This document shows, piece by piece, positions 62,330-64,000 of a DNA stretch of 64,000 nt. The stretch lies in NCBI RefSeq assembly GCF_009914755.1, contig NC_060928.1, one strand, 5' to 3'. This DNA comes from the human T2T-CHM13v2.0 reference genome, Homo sapiens. Position 1 is the first letter of the stretch. Each line of letters begins with the position of its first letter. Position numbers and translations under genes: made by a program. Below the pieces are notes generated by a model, which saw only the letters and a program-made list of their open reading frames with translations, did not search any database and had not been told where the DNA came from.

Positions 62330-63900
62330 ATTTTATGTACAGTATATAATACATACTATTGGTACTTTGATATTTTATGTACAGTATACAATATATAGTT
62401 TGAGTACTTTGATATTTTATGTCCAGTATAAAATATATAGATTTCATACTTTGATATTTTTGTACTGAATGTAGTTTGAGCACTTTGATATTTTATGTAC
62501 ACTTTATTATAAAAGTTTGGGTACTTTGATATTTTACGTACAGTATATAATACATAATTTGGGCACTTTGATGTTTTATGTACAGTATATAATACATACT
62601 TTGGGTTCTTTGATATTTTATGTACAGCATATAATACATAATTTGGGGACTTTTATATTTTATGTACATTATATTATACATACTTTGGGTACTTTTATAT
62701 TTTATGTACGGTATATAATACACACTTTGGGTACTTTGATATATTATGTACAGTATATAATACATACTTTGGGTACTTTGATATATTATGTACAGTATAT
62801 AATACATACTAAGGGTACTTTGACATTTTATGTACAGTACATAATACATACTTTGGGTACTTTGATATTTTATGTACAGTATATAATGCATACTTTGGAT
62901 ACTTTGATATTTTATGTACAGTATATAATACATTCTTTGGGTACTTTTATATTTTATGTACAGTATATAATATATAGTTTGGGTACTTTGATATTTTATG
63001 TACGGTATATAATACATACTTTGGGTACTTTGATATTTTATGTACAGTATATAATACATACTTTGGGTACTCTGATATTTTATGTACAGTATAAAATATA
63101 TAGTTTGAGTACTTTGATATTTTATGTACTGTATAAAATATATAGTTTTCGTACTTTGATATTTTATGTACAGTATATAGTTTGAGTACTTTGATATTTT
63201 ATGTACCGTTTTTTATAAATGTTTGGGTGCTTTCATATTTTATGTACAGTATATAATACATAAAAAGGGCACTTTGATATTTTATGTACAGTATATAATA
63301 CATACTTTGGGTACTCTGATATTTTATGTACAGTGTATAATACATACTTTGGGTACTTTGATATTTTATGTACAATATATAATACATACGTTGGGAACTT
63401 TGATATATTATGTACAGTATATAATACATACTTTGGGTACTTTGATATTTTATCTACAGTATACAACACATAGTTTGTGTACTTTGATATTTTATGTACA
63501 GTATATAATACATACTTTGGGTACTTTGATATTTTATGTACAGTATATAATACATACTTTGGGTACTTTCATATTTTATGTACAGTATATAATGCATAGT
63601 TTGGTTACTTTGATATTTTATCTACAGCTTATAATACATACTTTGGATAGTTTGATACTTTATGTACAGTATATAATACATACTTTGGGTACTTTGATAT
63701 TTTATGTACAGTATACAATATATAGTTTGAGTACTTTGATATTTTATGTGCAGTATAAAATATATAGTTTTGGTACTTTCATATTTTATGTACAGTATAT
63801 AGTTTGAGTACTTTGATATTTTATGTACAGTTTTTTATAAATGTTTGGGTGCTTTCATATTTTATGTACAGTATATAATACATACTAAGGGCACTTTGAT
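62330..63900 (+). repeat. Copy of about 16006-17576 (offset 46324); the same block also occurs at about 23674-25244
   Basis: ORF pairs 16169/62493, 16193/62517, 16875/63199 and 16899/63223, plus junctions at 17497/63821. Confidence 0.85.
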
Positions 63901-64000
63901 ATTTTATGTACAGTATATAATACATACTTTGGGTACTTTGATATTTTATGTATAGTATAAAATATATAGTTTGGGTACTTTGATATTTTATGTACAGTAT

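Larger units (their letters stand above)
1..64000. repeat. Satellite 1A (HSat1A / satellite I / SAR) tandem array, 42-bp monomer, roughly 1,500 copies, running off both window ends
   Basis: The consensus TTTGGGTACTTTGATATTTTATGTACAGTATATAATACATAC repeats head-to-tail throughout. GTAC sites give 17-bp (ACTTTGATATTTTATGT) and 25-bp (ACAGTATATAATACATACTTTGGGT) subunits, the reverse complements of the classical satellite I A and B units. The consensus is about 24% GC. The repeat is seen directly; the family name rests on recalled consensus, and species and chromosome cannot be determined here. Confidence 0.96.

Noticed and set aside
121-63807. Hundreds of ORFs of up to 437 aa on both strands (for example 30213-31469, 39778-41091, 48952-49890), resembling hydrophobic repeat or membrane proteins
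   Set aside because: They are translations of the 42-bp monomer, giving 14-aa repeats. Several overlapping frames are open at once and they break at satellite indels. There is no non-repetitive domain, gene context or codon-level signal.
1-64000. CRISPR-like or diversity-cassette array (constant 17-bp part alternating with a more variable 25-bp part)
   Set aside because: The variable parts are point variants of one consensus rather than unique spacers. There is no leader and no cas, recombinase or reverse transcriptase gene, and the sequence matches a known primate satellite.
1-64000. TATATAA TATA-box-like motif in nearly every monomer
   Set aside because: It is intrinsic to the AT-rich consensus, and there is no other promoter evidence.
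1-64000. Hairpin or terminator potential (ATGTA...TACAT stem, TGTACA palindrome)
   Set aside because: Stems are only 5-6 bp and AT-rich, too weak to call a structured RNA, terminator or cruciform.
1-64000. Other satellite identities (alpha satellite, HSat2/3, HSat1B, telomeric or minisatellite repeats)
   Set aside because: There is no 171-bp period or CENP-B box, no CATTC pentamer, no Alu-containing 2.4-kb unit and no TTAGGG. The 17+25-bp structure fits HSat1A.
1-64000. A single fixed higher-order repeat (for example a 378-bp 9-mer) across the window
   Set aside because: Unit lengths range from 244 to 1798 bp and block offsets are irregular. I saw no constant period above 42 bp by eye, though this was not tested computationally.
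1-64000. Assignment to a specific chromosome or species
   Set aside because: There is no unique flanking sequence; this needs alignment to T2T human and ape assemblies.

Overview
The whole 64-kb window is one uninterrupted, single-orientation AT-rich tandem satellite array. The consensus 42-bp monomer is TTTGGGTACTTTGATATTTTATGTACAGTATATAATACATAC (10/42 G+C, T-rich + strand). Its two GTAC (RsaI) sites cut it into alternating 17-bp and 25-bp subunits, which matches human/great-ape Satellite 1A (HSat1A, classical satellite I, Repbase SAR) of pericentromeric and acrocentric heterochromatin. I found no credible genes, RNA genes, transposon insertions or CRISPR arrays. The listed ORFs arise because 42 is divisible by 3, giving 14-aa repeats such as LGTLIFYVQYIIHT. 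The notable feature is higher-order architecture. About 95 conserved junction cassettes (manual count), each with a 35-bp plus a 41-bp monomer, divide the array into variable-length units of n x 42 - 8 bp. The cassettes fall into about 8 sequence subtypes, and multi-kb blocks recur at offsets of 2874, 3160, 7668, 10826, 27542, 29688 and 46324 bp. Rearrangements mostly add or remove whole monomers. I see no evidence for a novel protein-based system. All coordinates and counts were read by eye and from the ORF track, so block boundaries are approximate.
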